DNA of 64,000 bases from Spirochaetia bacterium (GTDB lineage Bacteria > Spirochaetota > Spirochaetia > DSM-27196 > Salinispiraceae). Where the stretch lies: NCBI GenBank assembly GCA_038204425.1, contig JBBRCZ010000002.1, forward strand, positions 160,001 to 224,000, in the 5' to 3' direction. The notes under the pieces were generated by a model. That model saw only the letters and a program-made list of their open reading frames with translations. It made no database searches and had not been told where the DNA came from. Shown here piece after piece: positions 1 through 9,484 of this stretch. Within the stretch, counting starts at the first letter, position 1. Every line of letters starts with the position of its first letter. The position numbers and the translations under genes were made by a program.

Positions 1-283
1 TGGCCATATACCGAGCAAAAGGAACCGTCAAATCAAAGCGAAGCGAAACATCTCGCGAGCCGTTGTCAATAAACCGATAAACCTGCTTGTCGGTCTCTCC
101 GCCACCTTTGCCCAAAAGAACTTCGGTGTATTCTATGGCTGGGGTGTCAATGGGGACAAAGCCATACTGTTTGACGGTCTTTTGGAGTATGGACAATATT
201 TGGTGGCGCGCAGCTTCTTGTTGCGGAAGAAAGTCTCTAAAGCCTTTTAGTATACGCGCTTCAATTGTTTTCTTTGTGCTCAT
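1..283 (-). CDS. hisS: Histidyl-tRNA synthetase, N-terminal part (runs off window start)
   Basis: Own translation from ATG 283: MSTKKTIEARILKGFRDFLP...FVPIDTPAIEYTEVLLGKGGGETDKQVYRFIDNGSRDVSLRFDLTVPFARY. These are the HisRS KGxRDxLP and LRxDLTxP motifs. Confidence 0.95.
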   Translation of the reverse strand, partial: MSTKKTIEARILKGFRDFLPQQEAARHQILSILQKTVKQYGFVPIDTPAIEYTEVLLGKGGGETDKQVYRFIDNGSRDVSLRFDLTVPFARYMA

Positions 284-429
284 AAGACTTTGTAACACAA
301 AATACTCGCCAGTGGCGAGTCCAGGTTACCATGATTTTGCGCTGTGGCTCTGCGCTCATGACACAATCGCTTGCTCTGTGTTACAATCGCTCTACAGTAC
401 TTCATGAGAATGGGATGGAAAATAGATCA

Positions 430-1758
430 GTGCTCAGACGATATACCACTTCAAAAGCGGGCTTAGCTATCAAAACTGCAGACGTCTATCTTCAGTCAGA
501 GCATAAACTCTCAATAAGCAGCATCGATCAAGACGCGTATAGAATAATTGTGCGTTTGCAGCGCGGCGGCTATGAAGCTTATTTGGTTGGCGGAGCGGTC
601 AGAGACTTGGTAATTGGCATCATGCCAAAAGACTACGATATTGTGACTTCGGCCGAACCCGCCCAGATCAAGAGGCTTTTTCGCAACTCACGAATAATTG
701 GCAAACGCTTTAGACTGGTTCATGTATTTTTTACTGACAACAAAATAATCGAAGTATCGACCTTTAGATCATCAGAGTCTGCCGGCTTTAATAATGTCTA
801 TGGCACTATCGAAGAAGACGTTTGGAGACGGGACTTTAGCATCAACGGTCTATTCTTTGATCCTGTCAAAGCGCAGTTGTTAGATTTTGTAAAAGGCTAT
901 CCGGACCTGATGGCGCGTCGACTTAAACCAATTATTGCACTAAAGCGTATTTTTGTAGAAGACCCGGTTAGAATGATACGGGCCGTCAAATACGCCGTCT
1001 CAACCGGCTGTAGTATGGGATTCTTCCTTAAGAACAAAATAAACCGCTCGCGACAGTTGTTGGCAGATATTTCACCGTCTCGCCTGAGCGAGGAAGCCTT
1101 TAAGATAGTGCAAGGCGGACGAAGCGCAGCAATTGTAACTATGCTTGAGAGCTTTGGCTTGTTTGAGTTTGTAATGCCACGCTTTTCACAACTAATCCAA
1201 ACAAGGCAGGGGTTTAAGGCGCGGTTTTTTGCCAGTCTCGAAAGACTAGATACCGTCGTTAAGAGCTATCCCGAAACTCCACGGTTTATACTTTTTGCCT
1301 GGTTTTTGTCCGACTATATGTTTGCCTACAGTTCATTTTATGAGCAAAAGCGTTGGTCATTTGCTGAGGTATATCAAGAACTCAAAGATGTGCTCAAGCC
1401 AGTCACGCCACCCAATCTTGAAGTAGAAAGAGCTATGGTTTTTTTGATTAAGCACAAAAAACTTTATCTGGAACACGGATTCTTGCCTCTTAGTGTTGCC
1501 AAACCTTCCATGCACGGGGCTGATGATAGCTTGCCGGGTCTTTCCCAAAAAAGACGCGAAAGGGGCCACGCAAAGCCCGCTACGGCTGCTGTGCTCAATG
1601 CTGCAAGCACTGCTCAGGCACCCAGTCGTCTAGCCGGCGACACTTTGGCCAACGGCGAACAACAGAGCAAGCTCGCTGGATCTATACCGAAGAAGCGCCA
1701 GCGCGGTGGTCGCGGCGGCAGAAATCGCGCCAGACCCCAGACGCCCAAAACTGACTAA
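430..1758 (+). CDS. pcnB: Poly(A) polymerase I
   Basis: VGGAVRD...DYD nucleotidyltransferase motif, PAP-specific IIGKRFRLVHV, RRDFSIN, EDPVRMIRA. Start uncertain (GTG 430 or ATG 415; ORF open from 331). Confidence 0.9.
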   Translation: MLRRYTTSKAGLAIKTADVYLQSEHKLSISSIDQDAYRIIVRLQRGGYEAYLVGGAVRDLVIGIMPKDYDIVTSAEPAQIKRLFRNSRIIGKRFRLVHVFFTDNKIIEVSTFRSSESAGFNNVYGTIEEDVWRRDFSINGLFFDPVKAQLLDFVKGYPDLMARRLKPIIALKRIFVEDPVRMIRAVKYAVSTGCSMGFFLKNKINRSRQLLADISPSRLSEEAFKIVQGGRSAAIVTMLESFGLFEFVMPRFSQLIQTRQGFKARFFASLERLDTVVKSYPETPRFILFAWFLSDYMFAYSSFYEQKRWSFAEVYQELKDVLKPVTPPNLEVERAMVFLIKHKKLYLEHGFLPLSVAKPSMHGADDSLPGLSQKRRERGHAKPATAAVLNAASTAQAPSRLAGDTLANGEQQSKLAGSIPKKRQRGGRGGRNRARPQTPKTD

Positions 1759-1788
1759 CAAATGTCAAGTCGTGTGACTATCCAAGAA

Positions 1789-1829
1789 TAAAAAAGCTGC
1801 CATGGAAGACCAGGCAGCTTTTATTTTTT
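1789..1829. terminator. Bidirectional intrinsic terminator
   Basis: AAAAGCTGCC...GGCAGCTTTT inverted repeat with A and T tracts, between convergent genes. Confidence 0.75.
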
Positions 1830-1842
1830 GCGAGCTTCTTGC

Positions 1843-3030
1843 TTAGCCTTCTATTCGTTGAAGAATCTCGTTTACTTTCTCTTGATAGGAAGCATCGCTG
1901 CCTATCGTTGCAGTCAAGAACTGCTTAGATATTTCGAAACGATTGTCGGCAAACGCATTAACTCCCAAGGCATAGTTAGTCAAAGCTGCATCTGCGCCCT
2001 TGGCCAAGGCTTGAGTGTAAAATTGCTCAGCTGCTGCGTAACGAGCGGTGTCGTAGTTTATCAAACCCAAGTAGTAGTAGGGAATATGATTGTTGTCCTG
2101 CAGCGCCAGCGCCTTAGTAAAGGAGCTTTCTGCTTCTTTTGCTTTACCAGCAGAATAGAACTCGATACCCTCCAAGACCAATTCTCGGAAAGTTTTGAGC
2201 TCCTTTAGATAGCTAACATAGGATTCAGAAAGAACTTCTGGTTTTTCCCAAGCAAATGCTTTGCTTATTACTAATGTTGAGTTTTCGGCTAAACTTGCCT
2301 CGGCTGACAAACCAGATAGGGCATCCCACAATACGCGATTGTGTGCCTTGTTTGTGCTGTTAGCTAGGTAATTTACCAGTCCCCATGCTTGAGGATAAAA
2401 AACTTGAATGCTGCTACGAGCTTCATCCACACCTAAGGTAAGAAGTTTGTCGAGCGGCAATGCTTCAGCAACTCGGCTTCCGTAACTAAGTTCTTTGATG
2501 GTCTCGAGCCATGCCAAGTTTTCCAACTTGCTTGCATTTTTGGTGGCAATGTCATAGCTAATGCTTTCAAAATAAACGGCAAAGCCCTCTCGTACCCACA
2601 AAGGTGGATTGGGTACAAAGGCCCGCAAAAATTGAACAAAGGATTGATGGGTAACCGAAGGTTTATCTAAACCGGCGCTTGCGTCAACAAAGCCGACCAA
2701 CTCACTTCTATTGCGATCGCTGTAGTGCAAATACACAAATTCGTCGCGAGTTTCGTTGATAAGTTTCTTTAAAAACGCATCGTATTTCTCTTTCTCAGAG
2801 AAGATCCTAACCTTTAGCTTGATTTTAGCATTTACTAGATCAAATCTAAAGTATTGGTTGAATATTCCCAAGTACGCCTCGAGTCTCTCGGCAGTTTCTT
2901 GGGCTTGTTCGGCGCTTATCACAGAACGCACCGAGTAATGTTCACTTTCATAGGAGAAACTGTCTTGAGCCGAAGCCGCGGCCGCAAACAGTAAACCTAT
3001 GGCGATGGATAAAAACAAAATCTTTTTCAT
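1843..3030 (-). CDS. Secreted protein with gluzincin/DUF1570-like domain and C-terminal TPRs
   Basis: Signal peptide (AASA-Q), PxWxxEGxAxYFE motif, TPR-like YYYLGLIN and NYALGV repeats, GGAGG RBS. Confidence 0.65.
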   Translation of the reverse strand: MKKILFLSIAIGLLFAAAASAQDSFSYESEHYSVRSVISAEQAQETAERLEAYLGIFNQYFRFDLVNAKIKLKVRIFSEKEKYDAFLKKLINETRDEFVYLHYSDRNRSELVGFVDASAGLDKPSVTHQSFVQFLRAFVPNPPLWVREGFAVYFESISYDIATKNASKLENLAWLETIKELSYGSRVAEALPLDKLLTLGVDEARSSIQVFYPQAWGLVNYLANSTNKAHNRVLWDALSGLSAEASLAENSTLVISKAFAWEKPEVLSESYVSYLKELKTFRELVLEGIEFYSAGKAKEAESSFTKALALQDNNHIPYYYLGLINYDTARYAAAEQFYTQALAKGADAALTNYALGVNAFADNRFEISKQFLTATIGSDASYQEKVNEILQRIEG

Positions 3031-3144
3031 CCCTTACCTCCAAAGTCTATGATAATAAAGGCTTAGCTTACATGTCAAATTTGACGATAGCAATATGGGC
3101 GAAATTTGTCCGAATTCCGCAGGTATTGGCACCTTTTTGTCAAA

Positions 3145-4023
3145 CTATCTGCGGAGCGGTCTAAGCTCTCGCAAAGTTAGGTCAATTTCTTTAATAAATG
3201 CACCAGTTTGCTTTTTTAGTTGGTTGCCCAGTTGTATACGAAGCGTTTCGGTTAATTGCGGACTTGGGAAGAATCCGTCACCAAGCCATATGGTTAACTT
3301 AATGCTGTAGCCTTCTTCAAACTCGGGCCTAAAATAACCAAGTTTTGAGCCAGGAGTGGTTGCGTCCAGCGTTGTTCTAATTGCTTGCTTGAGCAAGTGT
3401 TCGGGGATTTCTAGTGCCTCTCCTGATGAAAACTCAGGTCTAACCAAGGTTTTTTCGTATATTTTTTCTCGTTGCAAAAGTCTATTTTGTGACCATAGTT
3501 TGATTTCGTCGGTAACAATGTGAGCTGCAGTACGGCGTACTTCGCGGGCCGGAACCGGGATAACGTGCCTACCGTACAACTTGCGATTATCTAAGGCAGT
3601 CTGGATTTCATCAGCACTTGCAAAGTCGCTAATAGAAAGCAGCTTGACCGGTTCCGGTAAGCCCAAGGACTGGCAAATTTTTAAAATCATTCGGTCAGAA
3701 GTTCCCAGTATCAACAGCCGCTTGCAGCGATTTCTCTCCAGCGCTTGGGCTACTTCGTGGCGATGCACGTTATCCGCGAAGATGGCCACTTTGACAGCAG
3801 CAAGGTAAGCGCTCTCTCGCTTTGCGGAGTGACCGGCTAGGATTCGTTTATCTTTGATGAGAATACCGTCATCTATGATAAAGCGAATTTTAAGTCGATC
3901 GGCGATGATGCGAGCCCTAAAGCTTTTGCCCGTTCCTGACGAACCAACCAGGGCGTAGACTTGGACTTGTCCCTTTAGTCTGCCTAGAAAACGTTCTATT
4001 TTTTTTATCAGCTTTGTCCACAT
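3145..4023 (-). CDS. P-loop NTPase (kinase-like) conserved protein
   Basis: Walker A GSSGTGKS, IIDDG motif, ILGTS motif. Confidence 0.6.
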   Translation of the reverse strand: MWTKLIKKIERFLGRLKGQVQVYALVGSSGTGKSFRARIIADRLKIRFIIDDGILIKDKRILAGHSAKRESAYLAAVKVAIFADNVHRHEVAQALERNRCKRLLILGTSDRMILKICQSLGLPEPVKLLSISDFASADEIQTALDNRKLYGRHVIPVPAREVRRTAAHIVTDEIKLWSQNRLLQREKIYEKTLVRPEFSSGEALEIPEHLLKQAIRTTLDATTPGSKLGYFRPEFEEGYSIKLTIWLGDGFFPSPQLTETLRIQLGNQLKKQTGAFIKEIDLTLRELRPLRR

Positions 4024-4120
4024 GGCAAGTCCTTACCTTTGATTCTCGCCCAAATAGTGCCTAAGCTCAAGCTCAGCTTGCCTTGACAAAACAACGTGCT
4101 TAGCGGAAATACTGTCAGCC

Positions 4121-5794
4121 ATGGACTTGCCCCAAGCTAAGCTAGACTTGATCCTCAGACGCATTTTATTTTCTCTTTGCTTAATTGGCTTAGTGCTGTG
4201 TCTAGTATTTGGCTATCTTCTTGGATTTGATGATCAGCTCAAACGATGGCAGGGTTACTACACCTTGGCTATAAGTTCGGAGGTGCCTGTCTCCGAGATA
4301 CACGAACGACTTGAACAAGTGGGCCTAAAAAACAGCATAACTCGAAACAATGTTACCATTCCTTTAACGGCCTATGAAGGCCTGCAGCGACGAAAGCTAT
4401 CGTCGTTTCCATGGCAGACCCTTGATGATCCACGAAAAACGTCCTGGATTGAAGGACTTCCCCAACTGTTTCAGGACCAAGACGGAAACTGGGAACTAAT
4501 TTACTTGCGGGCCGATGAGAGTATTAGCTCCATCATGGTAAAACTGCAGTCCGCCTTTGATAGTATGCCAGTCCCGGCAAGTGGCAGAAAGTGGACCTTG
4601 CTTGAGTGGCGACCAATTGAACGAATTATTGTAGTCATTGTTTGTTTGCTGGTAGTAATTTCGCTTGTCTGGGCTTCTCCGGGCAAAAGACTGCTGCTGG
4701 GATTTTCTGCATTGCTTTGGTTACCCTTTGCTCAGGCTACCGGCCCGGTCTTGTTTCCCCTGCAGACGGCGGTCTTTTTCTTGTATGCGACCATTCTTGA
4801 GAGCTTGGTGCCTGCGCTGCGCCGTTTTGTCCACGAGACCAGCAAAGCCGCCTTCTTTTGGGACAGTCTATCCAACAAGCCAGCAGTTTTGAACTCGCTG
4901 CGCAACTTGATGGTCTACATTGACAAGAAGCTTATCTTGGTTCGACTGTTTTTGTTTGCTTTTAGCATATCTGTTTTTTTGGCATGCGCGATAGCGCTTG
5001 GGGCTAGTGGTTTGGTGGCCGGGCAAGTATTGGTGGTTTTCTTTTCTTGGCCGGCATTGTTGATAGTCTATGCCCGAGTTTTGCAACAGCGCCAACGCAG
5101 AGCCGAGCACCGCTTGTTTACTCCCATTCCAATAATTTCACGGTCAAATGTTTTGTACAGCCGGCTGCGCGTGATGATACCTTTTATCTTTACTATTTTG
5201 CTTGCGCAAGGTTTGTACTTTCTTGTTTTTCCTGGCAGTAGCTTTGAGGGTAAGGTGCCAGCTCTGGAAGAAAATGGCGATAGCATTACTTGGCAAAACA
5301 TCCAAGCACAGTTGAAGGACGGGGTTTTGCCAAACAGTAGTCAGAGCCACATGCCGGATCTGGCGGATTTCCTCTTACATGCCGCTTGGCAGGAAGTTTT
5401 TCCCTTTAAAAGGAATATGGACTATCGCGCCTTTGCACAGCTAAGCCTTCCTGCAAGCTACGGCGTTAGGCAAGTACAGCAAGGAACCGCAACAAATGCA
5501 TTTGATCCAAGCACACAGATTAAACTTGATCAAGACTGGCTCAACAAAACTATGGCACAGATTCCGCGGGACTCAATTGAAAGTTTAATTGCTACAAATG
5601 CAAAGCTAAGTAGGCTTGTGTCAGTATCCGTTGGCAAGGTATACTCTTCTTTGGCATGGACTTTAGTAAGTAATGGTCTATTGGCGGCGCTGTTCCTAGC
5701 CATCTGGTGCTTTGGGAAGAACGCATCCATCCAGCAAATTTATGGTACCCGGCCCAAGCGTGTATCGCTTATTGGCAGGAAGATGGCGGCATAA
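4121..5794 (+). CDS. Multi-pass membrane protein of unknown function, coupled to rnfC
   Basis: 557-aa ORF with many hydrophobic segments. Its TAA overlaps the next ATG (TAATG at 5792-5796). Confidence 0.6.
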   Translation: MDLPQAKLDLILRRILFSLCLIGLVLCLVFGYLLGFDDQLKRWQGYYTLAISSEVPVSEIHERLEQVGLKNSITRNNVTIPLTAYEGLQRRKLSSFPWQTLDDPRKTSWIEGLPQLFQDQDGNWELIYLRADESISSIMVKLQSAFDSMPVPASGRKWTLLEWRPIERIIVVIVCLLVVISLVWASPGKRLLLGFSALLWLPFAQATGPVLFPLQTAVFFLYATILESLVPALRRFVHETSKAAFFWDSLSNKPAVLNSLRNLMVYIDKKLILVRLFLFAFSISVFLACAIALGASGLVAGQVLVVFFSWPALLIVYARVLQQRQRRAEHRLFTPIPIISRSNVLYSRLRVMIPFIFTILLAQGLYFLVFPGSSFEGKVPALEENGDSITWQNIQAQLKDGVLPNSSQSHMPDLADFLLHAAWQEVFPFKRNMDYRAFAQLSLPASYGVRQVQQGTATNAFDPSTQIKLDQDWLNKTMAQIPRDSIESLIATNAKLSRLVSVSVGKVYSSLAWTLVSNGLLAALFLAIWCFGKNASIQQIYGTRPKRVSLIGRKMAA

Positions 5795-7128
5795 TGAGGC
5801 ACAAGACTTTTTTTTGGGGCGGGGTTGTGCCTCGCAACAACAAGCAGAAGACTATTAACCTTTCCTCTCGCAATGCTGAAATACCAAGAACGGTCTTCAT
5901 CCCGTTTCAGGGAAATGGTCAGGATCAGGCGCTTGCCTTGGTTAAAGTCGGTGACAAAGTAAAAGAGGGGCAGGCTATTGCCTCCAATGGCGCAAAACCA
6001 CCCGTATTGGTACATGCCTCAATTCCTGGTGTCGTAAAAGATATTCGCCAAGCAAAACTATTTGATGGCACAGTGAGTTGGGGAGTTGAGCTTGAGTTTG
6101 AGGGTGATTTTACCCTGACTGGGACATCTGTCTCGACTAGGGATTGGCATTCAACAAACCCGGAGCGCTTAATTGATATAATTAGAGAAATGGGCGTCAT
6201 AGGGATGGGCGGTGAAGGTGTGCCAACCTATGAAAAATTATTAAAGGCAACAGCCAAAAAGACGGGCAGGCTTATTGTTAACGCCATGGAATCTGAGCCT
6301 TACCGAACATCAGATGCCCGTATTCTCGCCGAAAAACCACAAGAAATATTGCAAGGTATAGAGATACTCGCCAAGATTTTGGGGTTTCCTGCAATTAAAG
6401 TTGCCATAAACGAGAGTTTTCTTGACAGCACTAAGGGATTTCGCGATCTTTTTCATCGACGCCAAGACATTCAGATTCACTACTTGCACGATACCTACCC
6501 GCAGGGCGACGAGAGACTGTTGATTCAATCTCTTTTTGCCAGAGATCTGCCGACTGACGATAACGTTATTAATCACAATTTTGTAATCTTTAATGTTTCA
6601 ACCGTCTTTGCTATTTATGAGGCGGTCGTGCTTTCTCGTCCTTTGATAGATCGATTGGTTACCATTACCGGCTCGGCGATTCAAACGCCTAGCAACCTCA
6701 AGGTGAGAATTGGCACACCGCTCTCCGCAATATTAGAAGACTGTGGTGGACTTAAGTTTGTTCCTGACAGAATCGTAGTCGGTGGTTTGATGAGAGGGAC
6801 CAGTACACGGGATCTCGATTTGCCTATAACTGCGGAAATTGGTTTTGTGATGGCTATGGCCAAAGAAGAGATTCACGACGCTCCGGTGAGTGATTGTACT
6901 CGCTGCGGCAAGTGCGTTAGGTCTTGTCCAGTTGGTCTGGAACCAATTAGGTTGTTAAGACTTGCACAGCATGGTCAGTTGGAGCAGGCCCGCAAAGAAG
7001 GTTTGATGGAGTGTTCGGCTTGTGGGATTTGTTCTTATGTTTGTCCAGCGCATATCCCACTTGGCAATGTAATCATGCGAAGTAAAGCCAATGCATTGGA
7101 AAAGGGTGAACCAGTTGAGCTCAAATAA
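5794..7128 (+). CDS. rnfC: RnfC-like electron transport subunit
   Basis: VKVGDKVKEGQ/HASIPG N-domain, GMGGEGVPT, NAMESEPY, YPQGDE, SLBB region, two CxxCxxCxxxCP motifs. Confidence 0.88.
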   Translation: MRHKTFFWGGVVPRNNKQKTINLSSRNAEIPRTVFIPFQGNGQDQALALVKVGDKVKEGQAIASNGAKPPVLVHASIPGVVKDIRQAKLFDGTVSWGVELEFEGDFTLTGTSVSTRDWHSTNPERLIDIIREMGVIGMGGEGVPTYEKLLKATAKKTGRLIVNAMESEPYRTSDARILAEKPQEILQGIEILAKILGFPAIKVAINESFLDSTKGFRDLFHRRQDIQIHYLHDTYPQGDERLLIQSLFARDLPTDDNVINHNFVIFNVSTVFAIYEAVVLSRPLIDRLVTITGSAIQTPSNLKVRIGTPLSAILEDCGGLKFVPDRIVVGGLMRGTSTRDLDLPITAEIGFVMAMAKEEIHDAPVSDCTRCGKCVRSCPVGLEPIRLLRLAQHGQLEQARKEGLMECSACGICSYVCPAHIPLGNVIMRSKANALEKGEPVELK

Positions 7129-8206
7129 CACTATTCTCAGAGTTTCAGTTCCTCCTCAGTATTTTTCCGATGATAATGTGCGTAAGCTCAATTGGTCGAT
7201 AAGTTTCGCTTTTATGATTCCGCTTGGCTGGGGAGTTTTTGTATTTGGCATGTCGGCTGCTCTAGTTATTGCAGTTTGCGTTGCTGGGGCGCTGCTTACC
7301 GAGCTTTTTTGTTCGCGCATGTTCAGAAAAGCCAGTATTGGTGATGGTCAAGCCTTTCAGATTGGTCTGCTTTTGGCGATTTTGATGCCTCCTGGCGTCG
7401 CCTTACATGTACCTTTAATTGCCGCAATTGCAGCGGTCGCTAGTAAATGGGTTTTTGGCGGTACGGCTAGTGGGCTTTTTAATCCTGTTTGCTTTGCTTG
7501 GGGTATAGTTTTTTTGGCATGGCCTGACTTAATGACCGCTTTTGTTAATCCTTTTGACCACAGTCTTGTGCAAGATAGCTTTACCCTAACAAGGCAGTAT
7601 TTGGTCTCAGGAAATGTAGTTCTGGCAAATCCGATGGATATGATACAAGGAATAAGCACCGCCTTGCCGAGCGCACTGGATCTGCAGGTTTCGTCAGCAC
7701 TCAACAGCGGGGTATTTCAGACTTTTGCTACCGTTCTGCCGCCTGGTTATGTTGATCCGATTGTGGGTTTTGGTGTGCAAACTGTAGGCGGCGCATCTGG
7801 CCTAATCTTGATGCTTGTATCGATTTGGTTGATGTATAGAGAGCTTTCTGGCTGGCAAGCCCCGCTCGGCATGTTTTTTTCTGCCTTTTTGATCATCTAT
7901 TTGTTTGGTGGTTTGCCATTTGGTATGGGTTTTGCCCGCGGTGATGTGCTTTTCTTTGTTTTTAAAAGCACCTTTCTAACGGTTATGTTTTTGCTGGCAG
8001 GAGTATACGGACTCGCACCATTTAACGCTCGAGGGCAGTTGGTTTTTGGTCTGCTTACAGGTACCATAAGTGCAATCTTACTTATTTTTGGTCTCAATAT
8101 GTTTGCACCACTTGGAGCCTTTTTTGTTAGTGGTTTGACCGTTTGGGTAATTGAACGCACGTTTAGGAATCGATCTCGGTTTGCCACCAAGTTAGTGAAC
8201 CAATGA
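7106..8206 (+). CDS. rnfD: RnfD-like membrane subunit (divergent)
   Basis: KWVFGG...FNP motif, hydrophobic profile, position after rnfC. Start approximate. Confidence 0.75.
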   Translation: MNQLSSNNTILRVSVPPQYFSDDNVRKLNWSISFAFMIPLGWGVFVFGMSAALVIAVCVAGALLTELFCSRMFRKASIGDGQAFQIGLLLAILMPPGVALHVPLIAAIAAVASKWVFGGTASGLFNPVCFAWGIVFLAWPDLMTAFVNPFDHSLVQDSFTLTRQYLVSGNVVLANPMDMIQGISTALPSALDLQVSSALNSGVFQTFATVLPPGYVDPIVGFGVQTVGGASGLILMLVSIWLMYRELSGWQAPLGMFFSAFLIIYLFGGLPFGMGFARGDVLFFVFKSTFLTVMFLLAGVYGLAPFNARGQLVFGLLTGTISAILLIFGLNMFAPLGAFFVSGLTVWVIERTFRNRSRFATKLVNQ

Positions 8207-8221
8207 GTCAAAGGAGGCCGA

Positions 8222-8875
8222 ATGAAAACTGATTCATCACATCTCTTGTCTGAGGAAGTTCGACCGCTTTCTTTACGCAATCTTTTGCTTTTTTTACCGT
8301 TTGCGGTTGGTATGGCCAATCGTTTTGACCTTGCTTTGCTATTTAGCGCCTGTCTTGCCCTAATTTTGGTGGTCGTTACCATATTGCTGTCGGTAATTAA
8401 GGACGGTGTCAGGACTGAACTGGCCATGTTTTTCTCAGCAATTTTGGCGACCGGTTTTTTAATTATAGCCGAAACACTGTTCCCCGTCTTGTCTTTGCAG
8501 GTTGGTCTCTATTTAGGCGTGCTGTCGGTTAGTCCATATTTACTTTTGCCACTTGTAGAAAATCAAGCTGCACCCTTGGGTGAACAATTGAAAATTGCCT
8601 TGGTGCGCTGGGCTCAATCAGTAGCTTTTTTGTTGCCACTTGCCTTGCTAAGAGAGTTAATAGGTAGTGGATCAATCAGTTTAGGCTTTGATGCAGCAAG
8701 TACGTTTAAGCTGCTGATTCCTGGCTATTCAGATCAACCATTTGCCGTTATTGCTTTGGCTCCTGGGGGATTTTTTCTCATGGGTTTAGTGGTGGTTGTT
8801 GTCCGAGCGCGCAATCAATCCAAGAACGCGCAGCTCGCCCCAGAATCTGCTATCGATAAGGATGGAACTGCATGA
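8222..8875 (+). CDS. rnfE: RnfE-like membrane subunit (divergent)
   Basis: LRELIGSG and LAPGGF motifs typical of RnfE/NqrD. Confidence 0.7.
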   Translation: MKTDSSHLLSEEVRPLSLRNLLLFLPFAVGMANRFDLALLFSACLALILVVVTILLSVIKDGVRTELAMFFSAILATGFLIIAETLFPVLSLQVGLYLGVLSVSPYLLLPLVENQAAPLGEQLKIALVRWAQSVAFLLPLALLRELIGSGSISLGFDAASTFKLLIPGYSDQPFAVIALAPGGFFLMGLVVVVVRARNQSKNAQLAPESAIDKDGTA

Positions 8876-9471
8876 GCATTCTCTTGTTGTTTGAATTTAT
8901 GCTCATCCAGAACATGGCCTTAGCTTATGGTTTTTCGAGCGCATCAGTAGTCGCTGCCGGTGAACACTATCGTTTTTCATTGCGCTTGTTTGCTGTAACG
9001 GCGCTTGGCCTTTTGTTGATAAGCCTTGCAATCTATTTGTTACAGTTCTTACTTGTAGACCTTACCGGTTGGGCATTTTTGCGGATCCCGGTGATTGCAA
9101 TTTCATTGGTGTTATTTTTGTGGTTGCTTGGCCGTTTTCCTTCTTTGCTCAAAGGCGTTGTACCAGGAATGGATGTTGGTGACTTTTCTTTGCTTAACTA
9201 CAATAGTCTATTGATGGGCATGTCGTTTCTTTTTTCTGTCAATCACTTGGATTTTGGCTCGGCCTTTTTTGGCATTGTTGGTGGAATAATTGGGTACGGA
9301 CTTGCTTTGTATTTTCATGATCTTGTCTTAAGAAAAATAGAGTTTGAGTGGTTACCACCAGTTTTGCGCGGGCATCCTATGGCACTTTTTTCTATGGGGC
9401 TTGTTAGCTTAGTTATACTTTTTATTGGAAAACTGCTTATGCCCGGACTCGAAGCCTTGGCAAAGGTTTAG
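8872..9471 (+). CDS. rnfA: RnfA-like membrane subunit (divergent)
   Basis: Six TM-like segments and C-terminal LPPVLRGHPMALFSMG (RnfA PxxxxGxP motif). Confidence 0.68.
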   Translation: MSILLLFEFMLIQNMALAYGFSSASVVAAGEHYRFSLRLFAVTALGLLLISLAIYLLQFLLVDLTGWAFLRIPVIAISLVLFLWLLGRFPSLLKGVVPGMDVGDFSLLNYNSLLMGMSFLFSVNHLDFGSAFFGIVGGIIGYGLALYFHDLVLRKIEFEWLPPVLRGHPMALFSMGLVSLVILFIGKLLMPGLEALAKV

Positions 9472-9484
9472 AGGATTAGAGACT

